A stretch of 36,472 nucleotides of DNA from Octopus bimaculoides. Lineage: Eukaryota. The stretch spans positions 58,382,017 through 58,418,488 of the forward strand of contig NC_068987.1 in the NCBI RefSeq assembly GCF_001194135.2, given 5' to 3'. This document shows positions 10,735 to 25,025 of this stretch, piece by piece. Within the stretch, counting starts at the first letter, position 1; each line of letters begins with the position of its first letter. The notes under the pieces are model-generated. The model was not told the DNA's origin. It did no database searches and was given only the letters and a program-made list of their open reading frames with translations. Both the position numbers and the translations under genes were made by a program.

Positions 10735-12095
10735 GATAGTGCATGCTAATTTAATCAGCAAGTATTTTATCTCGATGTTTGATGACAACAAATTTCTTCA
10801 CATCTCAAGAATCTTCGTTAGTATACTTGCAGAATATAGGATGGTACTTCTTTTTGCAGGTTGACAATGCGAGTTTCAATTCCAGTTTCTTTCAGCCTTT
10901 TAGATAGCATTTTGAGTGTTATCCCAAATGCACTAATTACTTCAGGAATAATTATTGTCTTGGTCTTCCACAGTCTCTTCATCTCTCTCTGGCTAGATCC
11001 TGATATTTCTCAATTTTTTCAATTTCTTTGGTATCAACTCTACTATAATAAGGAATTGTAAAATCTATGATCTTACAAATTTTTTAAAATTTTGTCTTCT
11101 ATGATCATATCCGGTCTCCTTGCTTCAATAGTATGAGCAGTCTTTATGGAGAAAATTCTACAAGATCTTGTAATTCTTATTTTCTATACCAGTCTTTGGT
11201 TCGTGTTCATACCATTTTTCTGTTGTTTTGAAGCCACACACCGCAATGCGTTCTTTTGCCTACACAGTCATGTCTGCACTTATACTGCTTTTGTGCTAGT
11301 ATACGAACCTTATTCAAAAGGTGATTGATACTTTTGTCTCATTTTCTGCAGATTCTACATTTGTTGCCTAAGTTTTATCGATCTTTGCATTTCTCATATT
11401 TGTTCTAAAGGTTTGTTCCTGGGTGGCTATTATTAACGTTTCTATCTTTCGTTTCAAGTTCCCACCTATCAACTAGAACCTGCAGCCTTCCATCAATCTC
11501 GATTTGTTGCATTAATTGGCCATCTAGCTCCATTTCTTTCCATTTGTTTCTTCTGTTGTTGTTCCTTTTCTCTTTGAATTCTCCTATTGTTTCGGTCACT
11601 TTTTTGGGTATCCCTGACTGCTAATAGTACTTTCTTTACTCTACGCAACGTAATTTTCTATGCCCAGTGTCGCAGTACCAACAGTGTCTTCTGCGTTATA
11701 GTAATTTTCTAGCACCTTCCTTTGTTGGTAGGTAGAATCGGTCAGTATTGCTTTTTGGCTGGAGTGCGTTGTGCATTGTGAGCAGCCTTCTAGTTCTATT
11801 CAAGTTTTGTAGCTCGGCCTTTGTCCGTTTCAGAGAGCGAGCAGAGTAATTCAGTATAGGCATAGCCCATGTATTTATGGCTTCAATGATATTCCCTCTA
11901 TTTCATTTTGTTTCGAGCACCTTCCTAATTCTCCTCTTGTACACCTAAGTGACTTCCTGTCTCATTTCTCCTTCCATGATCTTATTGTCTTGCACTCCTA
12001 GATATTTGTTTCCCTCATTCTTCCACAGTAATTTAATGATGCTGTGATGCGGTAATTTTATGCCTTTAGAGTTTACCTTCCAGCATCTCTTCGTA
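10734..12095 (-). mobile_element. R4/Dong-type RLE non-LTR retrotransposon, 5'-truncated, 3' end with (AAT)n tail
   Basis: NKYLGVQ, AINTWAMP, PKSNTDRFYLPTKEG, CRIC, RHD, RRPDMII..IIDFTIP (PD..D nuclease), KEIEKIEKYQDLA, RLWKT. Confidence 0.85.
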
Positions 12096-12131
12096 ATTAG
12101 TACTGCGTTACTGTTGTCGTTACTGTTGTTG

Positions 12132-12192
12132 TTGAATGAGAGAGCAGTGCATGATATGAAAGTGACACTGGAGTACAAATAGACGAAGCCCA

Positions 12193-12195
<3 letters not shown>
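12132..12195 (-). mobile_element. 3' terminal ~64 bp of retroposon B
   Basis: TGAGAGAGCAGTGCATGATATGAAAGTGACACTGGAGTACAAATAGACGAAGCCCAATAT matches 13166-13225. Confidence 0.8.
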
Positions 12196-12263
<68 letters not shown>

Positions 12264-12327
12264 TTATTGTTATTATTATTATTGTTGTTGTTGTTGTTAT
12301 AATTATTATTATTATTATTATTATTTT
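12195..12327. repeat. (AAT)n abutting (ATT)n/(GTT)n: inverted microsatellite
   Basis: Direct; polarity flips near 12261. Confidence 0.95.
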
Positions 12328-13077
12328 ATGTTTGANNNNNNNNNNNNNNNNNNNNNNNNNNNNNNNNNNNNNNNNNNNNNNNNNNNNNNNNNNNNNNNNN
12401 NNNNNNNNNNNNNNNNNNNNNNNNNNNNNNNNNNNNNNNNNNNNNNNNNNNNNNNNNNNNNNNNNNNNNNNNNNNNNNNNNNNNNNNNNNNNNNNNNNNN
12501 NNNNNNNNNNNNNNNNNNNNNNNNNNNNNNNNNNNNNNNNNNNNNNNNNNNNNNNNNNNNNNNNNNNNNNNNNNNNNNNNNNNNNNNNNNNNNNNNNNNN
12601 NNNNNNNNNNNNNNNNNNNNNNNNNNNNNNNNNNNNNNNNNNNNNNNNNNNNNNNNNNNNNNNNNNNNNNNNNNNNNNNNNNNNNNNNNNNNNNNNNNNN
12701 NNNNNNNNNNNNNNNNNNNNNNNNNNNNNNNNNNNNNNNNNNNNNNNNNNNNNNNNNNNNNNNNNNNNNNNNNNNNNNNNNNNNNNNNNNNNNNNNNNNN
12801 NNNNNNNNNNNNNNNNNNNNNNNNNNNNNNNNNNNNNNNNNNNNNNNNNNNNNNNNNNNNNNNNNNNNNNNNNNNNNNNNNNNNNNNNNNNNNNNNNNNN
12901 NNNNNNNNNNNNNNNNNNNNNNNNNNNNNNNNNNNNNNNNNNNNNNNNNNNNNNNNNNNNNNNNNNNNNNNNNNNNNNNNNNNNNNNNNNNNNNNNNNNN
13001 NNNNNNNNNNNNNNNNNNNNNNNNNNNNNNNNNNNNNNNNNNNNNNNNNNNNNNNNNNNNNNNNNNNNNNNNNNNNN

Positions 13078-13141
<64 letters not shown>

Positions 13142-13162
13142 CATTATTATTATTATTATCAT

Positions 13163-14497
<1,335 letters not shown>

Positions 14498-14507
14498 CTA
14501 TTATTAT

Positions 14508-14542
<35 letters not shown>

Positions 14543-15261
14543 CTTGTGTCAAATTATTCAGGAAACCCATTACTGACCATTTCTTTTATAACTCTGATTC
14601 CGAACCAGATTTTCACACAAGATTATTTTATACAATTATTTATCCCTGTCTGCACTAGATAGCTTTCTTATTATTTAACTCGATTGAAGCAGTAAGAAAA
14701 TAAACTGAAGTTAACCATGGAACTTGTATCATTTAAATCCATCAGATCGACATCTCGATTCAGTTCCTGTAGGTTGGTGAGAGAGAAATCTCTTTTAAGA
14801 AAAAGTACTAAATGTACCAAGTAACTTCCTTATTCTAAAATTGAATGTACTACCATAAACCAATGAAGCACTCGTCAGTTTTACAGTGTCGTTGTTGCCC
14901 CTGCTTAGAAAATAAACAGTGCGAGGTAACAAGCACTACAAAAAATTCATTTGCTTTTCTATTGTTCCATCACCCTGATCATCAGCGAATATCCGGAAAT
15001 AAATAAACTGATTGATAAGTAAACTTATTAAACTGCTTGTTATTTATTGCTATGTAGCATCTTGATTTATTGATTCATAACTGGGGTTTTTTAATGGAAT
15101 CTTTACCAAGTTTTTAATTCGTATCAGTTCTTTTCTGATCATAGTAACGTCGTGGTTGTGGCGATGCAAAACATGGCTAATCCTATCCAAATAACCAAAG
15201 AAATGTAAAACGTATCGACGTGAAACTGAGATGAAGGTTTAAAGTATTTGAGTAAAATGTC

Positions 15262-15415
15262 GAACTGGCAGAAACACAAGAATGGCGGAGTGAATGACAA
15301 TTTATATTAATCCCTATCCTTTTACGTTTTAATTTCAAATCCCGTCGAGGTCTATATAACTTTTGCCATTTTGGGATCGATAGGGTATATTTTGAGATCA
15401 AGTCCATCGACTATA
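15262..15415 (+). mobile_element. Highly degenerate SINE family A remnant
   Basis: GAACTGGCAGAAAC...TTTCAAATCCCGTCGAGGTC...TTTTGGGATCGATA. Confidence 0.4.
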
Positions 15416-17214
15416 CAACTTATCTAAACAAATAAACCTGCACTGAACCAAAAAAAAATCAATATTTCACTTGAAGAGACTGTATTAATCCCTTTCGCCT
15501 CAGAGATTAAAGATTAAAGTCAGTGTAAAGAAATACTGGGCCTTAGCCAGGAATTTCACTCCTCAGATATTGGTTACATATACCTAGTTCCACTATGGTC
15601 GTGTGACAGGCTTAGAGTCAGTCAACAAAACCCTAAAATTACTTACACGTTGATATACTCTACCCATTTTCTATTGATTTGCTTGATACGACAAAAGCAT
15701 TCAAATCTTAATTCAGTGTAACTGTACCATATGTATCTTATAAACCAGCTCTATATAATTTGACACTCCTCTTTTTGTCACTCTTCTCTATCTCTCACAC
15801 TTTACATCTAATTCAAAATCTTCAGTTAAACAATTCGCGAAATCCTTACTTTTCCTGAAGTTCATTCCTCAAAATATTTATTTCAAAACGCTGAATATAA
15901 TCAATTAAACAGTTCTCCCCTTTTCTCTTATCTTTCAATTACTGAACTATGAACTATCTATGAAGAAAGAAAAGAAGAAAAGAAGAAATTGAAGAAAAAA
16001 TGAAAAGCAAAAACATGCTGTGAATGTCTTCTACACAATCACGCTTCGTAAAATATCTTAGTGTATGTACTTGCTTAGGATTATGTCAAGCTGATGATTT
16101 GAAAAAAAAAACTATGAAAATGCACTATACATGGCTACAAATGACTAAAAAACGTTTAGGATCTTTGTAATGAGTAGAAAAAAAAATGAAATATATATAT
16201 TCTGTTCATCTCCTTCGCTACTCATAACTTAAAATTCCAACTACTGACGCCGTCATGATTTAGGATTTATCTAAACGTGATTATCTCCCTTACAATAATT
16301 GCGGCCAAGGCTCCACGTGTTTAAACCTCATTAAGTTATACTAAATGATCTGTGTGGAATAGGCAGCAAGATTTTAATACTGTACGTAATATTCTCCTAC
16401 TTCTGCATTAAGTTAACTAATAATTATTCATATTAATAGCAATGGCAAACCATAGGGTTGGATTTTATTGAATTAACTGGATTAGATAACAAGCATAGCG
16501 GGAATTATATTAACCTTTTGATGGCTATATGTGTATGTATGGTACGTAAATGGATGGATGGACGGACGGACTAACGGACGGACTAACGGACGTAAGAGTG
16601 TGTGTGTGTGTGTGNNNNNNNNNNNNNNNNNNNNNNNNNNNNNNNNNNNNNNNNNNNNNNNNNNNNNNNNNNNNNNNNNNNNNNNNNNNNNNNNNNNNNN
16701 NNNNNNNNNNNNNNNNNNNNNNNNNNNNNNNNNNNNNNNNNNNNNNNNNNNNNNNNNNNNNNNNNNNNNNNNNNNNNNNNNNNNNNNNNNNNNNNNNNNN
16801 NNNNNNNNNNNNNNNNNNNNNNNNNNNNNNNNNNNNNNNNNNNNNNNNNNNNNNNNNNNNNNNNNNNNNNNNNNNNNNNNNNNNNNNNNNNNNNNNNNNN
16901 NNNNNNNNNNNNNNNNNNNNNNNNNNNNNNNNNNNNNNNNNNNNNNNNNNNNNNNNNNNNNNNNNNNNNNNNNNNNNNNNNNNNNNNNNNNNNNNNNNNN
17001 NNNNNNNNNNNNNNNNNNNNNNNNNNNNNNNNNATACGACAGTTTAACATAATAGCAACGGTATGTATATATGTATGTACGTATGCGTGTGCGTATTTAT
17101 ATGTGTTCCGCACCAGTTCATGAGGTGTGCTGTTCTATTAACACACACACACACACACACACACACATAAACAAGAACTTTCAACAGTCCTTAAATAGTA
17201 GTCTTGATTTCTGT

Positions 17215-18450
17215 TGGGGGTGTTTTCTACAATCATCTTCGCCTCATAACGTCAGCTAGGAATCTTCCAATCATTCATCCAAGCAACGTATCCAGTCCAA
17301 CGTAAACGGAGCTTGTACACCATTGTCTCAATGCTCAGGGTCTCTGTCAAGACCACCCAGTCTGGAATCCACAAGGACCAACCAACACTCAGAATGTGCC
17401 TCAAACATCTCTGATGGAAGCGCTCAAGGACTTTTGCTAGATGTCTGTAAAGGATTCTATGTCTCACATGAGTAAAAGAGCGACTTCAGTACACACGCAT
17501 GGTAGACAGTGACTTTTGTTCGCCTTGTAATGTCATGTTGGGATCAGATACGAAACTCAAGAGTCCTGATGAAACCTTGAAAATATTTCATCGTTCAAAG
17601 AGCAAGAATGTTGAGTGTACTGCCCTGGTAGACAAACTTGTCGACCGCTTTCAGTACTGCTCTTTCAACTAAGATATTTGGCTTCAGGTATGATTTTTCT
17701 GACGCAGGATAGAACATCGCAACGATCTTTCCCAGACTAGTACTGAGTCGAAATACTTTGCAAGGCGCAGAAAATGATCTATGAGAATTTTTATATCTTC
17801 AACAGTATGGCCAATTAAGTCACAATCATCTGCATAAAGGAGGTCACGAATAAGAGAATGGAAAACTTTCGAATTGGTAGTAAGTTGACACAAGTTGAAG
17901 AGACAACCAGAAGATCGGTACATCACATATATCCCAGAAGAGCGATCTACAGCAAAAGTGAGAGTAACTGAAAAATTCAAGGAAAAGAGAGTTGGGAAAA
18001 AATGTCGCGCTACTTGATACCATTCTGTACAGGAATGGGTCCCGCCATGCCACCACCGATATTGAACTATGCCTCTATCCCATCATGAAATGATTTAATT
18101 ATCGATACAAAATATCCTAAACAACCAAGTCTGCCGAATATTTTCCACGGAGAAGCTGTATTCACAGTATCGAAGACTTTTGTTAAGTCAATGTAAGCGT
18201 GGACAAGATCCATATTCTGCTCAAAGCACTTCTGAATGTCTTGCTGTATAGATTATATCCATTGCTCCTTGACCAGAACGAAAGCCACATTGGGATTCAC
18301 ATAGGACGTCATTTACAAGTTATTTATTCAGGCAGGTAAGAATACACGCTAGAACCTTGCCAGCAGCTGACAGTAGAGCAAAACTTTTATGGTTGCCATA
18401 CTTTAATCTGATTCCATTTCCTTTGTCGCTTGAAGATATATTTAGTTGGC
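17215..18450 (-). mobile_element. RTE-clade LINE, reverse transcriptase and downstream region, pseudogenised
   Basis: LLSAAGKVLA, ESQCGFRSG, AYIDLTKVFDTV, IIKSFHDG, LIRDLLYADD, LERFHQRCLRHIL..LRWTGYV. Confidence 0.92.
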
Positions 18451-19639
18451 TACGTGAATAATAACTGAAGCAAACTCGCGAACATTTAACTATAATTGCC
18501 GAACATAAAGGTTATTGGTGTTGGCGAATTACAGTGAACAATATTAATAATTGCCGAATGAGAGGAAAGGAAATCTGCTCTGAAAATATAGAAAGCTATC
18601 TGTATGACAACATGCGATCAGTCCAAAAATACACGAAGTCATCTGTGCAAATCTCTGAGGCACTTTGTGGCGGTTGTGGCTATCTGTCCTCTAAGTTACG
18701 CGCCAAAGAGTTTGTATAAAAGGCAAGAAGTCAAATCTTACAACATTCGAGAAAACCATATCCCACCACAACCTCACGCTGATTGCTCGACTTATAGACT
18801 AATCATGCGAAACTGTGGTGGTTCACTCGTGGTGTCTGACCGAGTATTCAGTGGTTAGGTTTCGAATCCCTGCTACACCTGTGCCTGGAGGAAACTCTAG
18901 AATTAATTTTATGAAAGGACAAATTCATGTATAACAATAAACTAAAAAGCTCTTTATAGAGTTCGAAAAAAAAAATTAATATAAGAAATTTCAGGTAATA
19001 TTAGAACTGTTTATATCGAAACGTTCATTGATATAAACAGATGACTTGTGTTGACAAGTCTTGTTAAAAGAATTGTACGAAGTTGTATAAGTCGTTCGGT
19101 ATCTCCTAAACGGATGGCTTGCAATAACGAGTTATCATTGTTGTTTTCGTATTCTGCAAAGTTCAGGTCAAAGACTTGAGGGAAACAAAACAATGGTTGT
19201 GAATTCAAGAGGGCAGCTGTTCGAGGAAAGAAGCTACCAGAATAGAGAGACTTATGACTAACAGGAAACTTTGTTGGGTTTCCAGGTACTCACAACGTAG
19301 TCACAACAGAGAAACTATGCGACTGAGAAGAGAAGCAAGTGACACGTTTAAAGGTGCTGAGAAAGCGTACTAGACTACAAAGTTTATCAGAGCAATGCGC
19401 ATGAAAATATCTATAGAAAAGACTACGCAAATACATTTCGATGATAAATCAGGACACTAACAGAAGAGGACCCACCATGCTGGCGACTTGATACTGAATT
19501 CAATCAAGTCATTTGAGACACTCAGGGGAGGTTCCCAGCCAAAAGATGACACCATTATTTAATGCAAGGTCGAATGGTGATACAAGATACTCATTGGCAT
19601 AAGAAGTTTGCGAGTACGTAAGAGAATTCCCAAATTCGT

Positions 19640-19960
19640 GGCAGTCAATATGGCAGTGGACTGAACATATTAGTTCTAAGAGAGATCCTCGGTTAAGGTC
19701 AAATCAAGAAGTTGGATACTGTAACTTTCTGGAAGATCATCTTCACCCAGAGCAACGGAGAGAAGGAATGGTTGCCTATAACGATTGACAAAGGCTACGA
19801 CTTGTCAGCATTAAAATCACCAGCCATTCACGGTCCAACACCACGACCGTGTGAAGACTATCCTCAAGAAAAGCACCATGCACAAAGCAGCTTTCTCAAG
19901 GCAGTTAGTTTTGTCATGATAAAAGTAAATGGTAGTGTCATCGGCATAGCTGGCGAGTTT
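19640..19960 (+). mobile_element. Possible very degenerate LINE AP-endonuclease remnant
   Basis: LNILVLREI..GQI..TVTFW ... AIHGPT ... IGIAGEF loosely parallels the RTE EN motifs (IAALSET, YTFFW, SAYAPT, IILGDFN). Confidence 0.3.
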
Positions 19961-21544
19961 AGAAATAATACTCGTATGATCTGGAAGCTCATTAACGAAA
20001 AGGCGGAAAAGAGTAAGATCAAGTATACAACCTTAAAGAAATCCCATGGTGCATCTAAGATACTATTCTAGGCTATCAATAATAGCAATGAGAAGTATGT
20101 TCCCAAGATTGTTTCTAGACAACTAAAAGAATTTGTTGGGTGTAAACGGATACGGCCGAAATGACCTAATCCACGTCTTAAACCATCGATCTGTCATTTG
20201 AATCTCTAAACATTGTCTTTACTCCGGAATCTAGATCATTTTTCTCGTCGACTTTTTGTTTAGCTCCTGGCTGGCCATTCTCTACCCGATTTACAATTAA
20301 GAGTATTTCAATCATAACCACTCGTTTTTTTTGTTTTTTTTTTCACCTTCACACGTAATGTATGCAATACCACATTGTTTATTCGCCCTTTTAAGATGAT
20401 AGCCAATATGAACTTTGGTTACTGTTCTAACCATATCGAACAACCCATCTTCCCTAGGTTTGTGGAAGGGATGCTTTCACTACCAACCCCAGGAAACTGA
20501 GGTAGTCTTTCTTATTTTCCATGAGCTCCTTTAAGAAATTTATTTTGATCTGTTGCGATCACAGTAACTTTCGGAATGATCGACCCGTCTCTTTTGTAGG
20601 GCAACGGTTTTCAGATTTTAAATTACTAAAAAATCACTCTTCAGCAATAATTTTTTTTTTTTTTTTTGTCTCTGTTTTTACTGCCGGCGAAATAGCTTCC
20701 GACTTTGTCTTTGCCCATGTCGGTGTCAACCTCTTCTTCTAAGTCGATTCAAGAAAGGAATCATTGTACTCTGTAGTTTTCTTCATTTTCTCCTTCAACT
20801 ACATCACTGATTCGCCTTTAACCATGCAACAGAGATAAGAATCACATAAATCTATTTACATTGGAGTTGAAGCAAACTAGGTGAGTCTCATCTTGGACTA
20901 CGTTCAATTTTCAGGTGAAACCATTTCACTTCAGTTTCATCGCTGTTATTGTCTAGTTTCTAGTCAGCCTGGTCGAGCACCTCTATGATTAAAAGCACTC
21001 TAACCGCGACGTTTTGGATATCTAGACTGTTGCAATATAAAGTGTCTTATCGAATAAATGTCCGGTATTTTGAACTCACTGATTGAGTTCCTCGAACTTT
21101 TAAAATCTATATAGGAATGCTTTCTTTGTACAGTTTCACTACTTACAGGCAAGCCACGATGTAAGCAGTGTCAGCTGTGAACGTAGTTTTTATTCTTTTT
21201 TATTCTAATTTGCAGATATTTAAGCTTTGTCTGTGCAATTGCATTATGGACAACAGTCTGGACTATTTAGTCATAATTACAGTGAACAGATGACATGCCG
21301 AAAACATGATTGATGAAAACTACTTCCTTTGTTTCCCGAAAAAAACATCAAAACAAGAAAATTGCCGTCAAATAAAAAAACCCACAATAGACAACGCCGT
21401 TTTTCAAGTCGCACTTTTTACTTTGCAAATTCACTAAGAAATTACTTCAAATTTGATTTATTATACCAGAACTCATATTACAACTTGTACAAATCGAGTT
21501 GGAAGAACTGTTACCGCACCGGATAACATTCTAAGCGACATGCC

Positions 21545-21686
21545 TTCCGGTTTTGTGTTCAAATTTCGTCTTTTATTCTTTTGGGGTCGATAAATTAAGT
21601 ATTAGTTAAGCAATGGGGACGATGTATTCTACTACTCCCTCCCCTACCCACAAAAATTTCAGTCCTTGTAGTAGGAGGGATTATTT
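21545..21686 (+). mobile_element. SINE family A, 3' half
   Basis: GTTCAAATTTCG...TTTTGGGGTCGATAAATTAAGTA...AAATTTCAGTCCTTGT...GGATTATT. Confidence 0.75.
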
Positions 21687-21879
21687 ACATAGATTTCGGG
21701 GCAAATCTTACTCAGGTAGTTAGAAAAAAAAAAATTAAAAAATTAAAAAAACGCTGACGCTGCCACTGTATAGGATTACTGAGGTTTATGGATGTTACGG
21801 TTATTTTTCGGCTAAATTTCAGTCCTTGTTACGGCTAAATTTCAGTCCTTGTACGGCTATTTTTGTATACGTTATTATT

Positions 21880-23000
21880 TTTGTTGTCTGCGGTGAGTAG
21901 AAAAGATAATATTTATAGAATACCGTTCTCGTGGTGCTCTGATATGTTGTGCACGTGTATGGCTGTTTAGATGCGGTTTTTCCTGTTAAAACAGAGTCTG
22001 CAAGGAAGATAGTTTACTTCGGTTACAAACAATGCTCTTCGCATGTCAAGGTAGTCTTTCACTTTTAGTATTAGCCTTCTGTTTTTCGTTGTGTAGATGG
22101 TCCATGGATGTGGTCTGTGTACAACTTCTGACAATGTTTAATATATTGTTTTATGTTTTCCTTAGGAATTAATTGAGGTTTGTTGCAGAAAGTTTGTGTA
22201 CCTAGGACTAGCATAATCTATGATATGTCAACTGCATTGTTTCTCCCTTTTAGCTCAGTCTTGTACCTGTAAATGATCTAAGTATTTACACGTAAATATT
22301 CGTGAAGGTGCATAGCTCAGTGGTTAGAGCATCGGGCTCACAATCATGTGGTAGTGAATTCGATTCCCGGATCGGGGTAATGTATTGTGTTCTTGAGCAA
22401 GATACTTTATTTCATGCTGTTCCAGGTAACTCAGCTATAGAAATGAGTTGCAGCATCACTTGTGCCAAACTGTATCTGCCTTTCCCTTGGATAATGTTGG
22501 TAGCGAGGGGAGACTGGAATGCATGAGCGACTGCTGGTCTTTGATAAACAACTTTGCCCAGACTTGTACCTCGGAGGGGGACTTTCAAGGTGCAACTCCA
22601 TGGTCATTCGTGGCCGAAGTGGGTCTTTACGTATGTATTCGATTTGCTGTCTTTTTGATGTGTCGTAGAGGTGCTGCATGTTCCAGTATTTTTGTCTTCT
22701 TTGTGTAAAGTATGTTTATGTTGTTCAGAGTATGGTTGGCTTGGTTGCATATGATGATTCTTAGGGTTACTAGTAGGGAGGGAGATCGTGGATTTGGTAG
22801 ATGCTATTTAAGTTTGTTAGTATGAAGTCAGTTTTCATTGAAGATTATAGGTGTTCAGCTGTGTTTGGAGAATATTAGGAGTTTGTGAGTGTGTAATCAT
22901 CTATATGTAAGATTGTACGTATGTTTTGAAGAGATGTAGAAATATCATGTGATCGTTGTGTTTGAGCATATGGATATATGCTTTTATATAGGATATATCT
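21880..23000 (-). mobile_element. Old I-group-like LINE RT/thumb remnant, interrupted by the SINE at 22303
   Basis: Fragments FLHLFKTY, (Y/H)IDDYTLT, TNKLK..TKSTISL, ILEHAAP, SMDHLHNE..KVKDYLDM in the expected order. Confidence 0.5.
22303..22630 (+). mobile_element. tRNA-derived SINE (head E + tail F)
   Basis: A-box TAGCTCAGTGG 22313-22323, B-box-like AATTCGATTCC; similar flanks TTTACACGTAAATATTCG / TTTACGTATGTATTCG (decayed TSD). Confidence 0.8.
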
Positions 23001-23304
23001 CATCATTTGCTGCAAGCAATAGTTCTAATAGATTAAAGTAAAATAATCAGGAAAGTTATAAAGAGATACGATTCATTTGAGCGGAAATAATACACAAATT
23101 CACTGATCCGCTTTTATTCTAATTTTTCTTTCTTGTCAAATAATAGATAGAGAAAATTATATTTCGGCTGCAAGTCTTAAGAATTATAATAGAATCTAGT
23201 AAAACAAACATGTTTTAGTGTATCTGCTTTTCAGAAACTGACTATAATATACATTAGATTCCAAAATTTAACCTACTCTTCTATGTGCTGTTGTTGTCAA
23301 CAGT

Positions 23305-23686
23305 GTGGAGCCGCAATGGCCCGGTGGTTAGAGCAGCGGACGCGCGGTCATAGGATCGCGGTTTCGATACCCAGACCGGGTGTTGTGGGTGTTTATTGAA
23401 CGAAAACACCTAAAGCTCCACGAGGCTCCAGCAGGGGTTGGTGGCGAACCCTGATGTACTCTTTCACCACAACTTTCTCTCACTCTTACTTCCTGTTTCT
23501 GTTGTGCCTGTATTTCAAAGGGCCAGCCTTGTCACACTGTGTCACGCTGAATATCCCCGAGAACTACGTTAAGGGTACACGTGTCTGTGGAGTGCTCAGC
23601 CACTTGCACATTAATTTCACGAGTAGGCTGTTCCGTTGATCGGATCAACTGGAACCTCCGTCGTCGTAATCGACAGAGTACCACGT
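23305..23686 (+). mobile_element. Young full-length tRNA-derived SINE (head D + tail D)
   Basis: A-box TGGCCCGGTGG, B-box GGTTTCGATACC; perfect 11-bp TSD TTGTCAACAGT (23294-23304, 23687-23697). Confidence 0.92.
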
Positions 23687-23919
23687 TTGTCAACAGTCTT
23701 CAAATTAACTCCTTACATTAGCTCAACGCCTCTAATTCTTAGTAGACGTTGTATAGTCGGTTAAACTGATATAAATTACTGTTTAGTTTCATCGGATCGA
23801 AACAGGAGCAATCAAAGATAAAGTTTATCTTGGTGATTTTTGGACGCAGTATGATACCGAAAGACAATTACTCTGGCGGTCTTCCATTTCTACCATATAT
23901 TCCGCCGAATAATATTTTA

Positions 23920-24280
23920 GGTGCAGGCATGTGATTAAGAAAATCGCTTTGCAGCCACGTGGTTTCGGGTTCAGCCTTACTGCATAACACCTTGGGTAAT
24001 TGCCTTCTACTACATTCTCCGTGCTGACTAATGCCTCGTGAGTGAATTTGGTGGAAGCTTGTCATATTGTGTGTGTGTGTGTGTTTGTGTTTGCACCCGC
24101 CCCTCGTTTGACAACTGGTGTTGCTTTGTTTATGTTCCCTTAGCCTAGCGATTCGACTAAAGATTTCGATAAAATAAGCACCAGACTTTAAAAATATAAG
24201 GAGTGAATTTCTTTGATGAAAATCGTTCAAAGTGGAACCCCAGCATAGACGCAGACCAATGACTGAAACAAGTAGAAAGT
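23920..24280 (+). mobile_element. SINE family C (internal (GT)n), degenerate full length
   Basis: Homologous to 25764-26098; tail GACTGAAACAAGTAGAAAG. Confidence 0.8.
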
Positions 24281-24891
24281 AAACGATAATTATAACAGTA
24301 CCAGCGTTAAGCAGTGATGAAGAATAAACGAACTTCAGATTAGTTTAATGAATATGATTGTGACGTATTTCAGCTTCTAATGTCAAATTCACTATAGTTA
24401 CTTCTCCCTCGGCTGGAGATACCAAAGAGAGATAACTCGAGCAGATTCTAAAGCCATAGTTTTACCTTAAAACAGTCACTATCAGTGACTGGGTTGTGCT
24501 TGCGGACCGCCAGGCCGGAATAAATATAATGTTATCAGGGCTAAGCAATGATGGGAGATGGGGGTATAGTATCATGTTTAAGTAAAAAGTGAAGGTCAAA
24601 GAAATGTCTAAGTATTAAAGGTCAATCAGTGACGATTGGCAGTGTGACAGATTTATTTTTGGGTGAAAAGCTGTGTGTTTGTGGCTTGGTGAGGAATATA
24701 GTCCCTCCACATCCTAAATACACCTGACTCTGCGCTCACTGTCTGTCTGTAATTTAGGACATGTCATTTGGCGTGATTCGCCCTTTAAAATTTAACGATG
24801 TGCCACTGGAGGTTTACTTTATTTATCTTTCTATCTATATATATATATAGCGTTCATTATACACATAATTTTTCACGTCTGGCCGTATAGC

Positions 24892-24949
24892 CTTTTCCGT
24901 TTGTTTTCCTGTCTTGTTTTCTTTTCCGTTTGTTTTCCTGTCTTGTTTT
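24892..24949. repeat. 29-bp perfect tandem duplication
   Basis: CTTTTCCGTTTGTTTTCCTGTCTTGTTTT x2. Confidence 0.95.
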
Positions 24950-25025
24950 CTGTCCGCCACTACATTCCTCCATGGTACAAATTTTATTTGTGTATACAAA
25001 TTTAATTTGTGGTCCGTGGAAAGAG

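Noticed and set aside
17551-17590. GAAACTCAAGAGTC-CTGATGA hammerhead-like run
   Set aside because: Stem III forms, but stem I is absent and stem II lacks pairing; it lies on the antisense strand of RTE coding sequence
20420-20830. Unique sequence with short open frames and an AG...GT pair (20457-20500)
   Set aside because: Stops in most frames and no recognisable protein
22303-23380. tRNA-like sequences at 22303 and 23307
   Set aside because: They have A/B boxes but continue into SINE bodies with no acceptor stem, and one has a TSD; SINE heads, not tRNA genes
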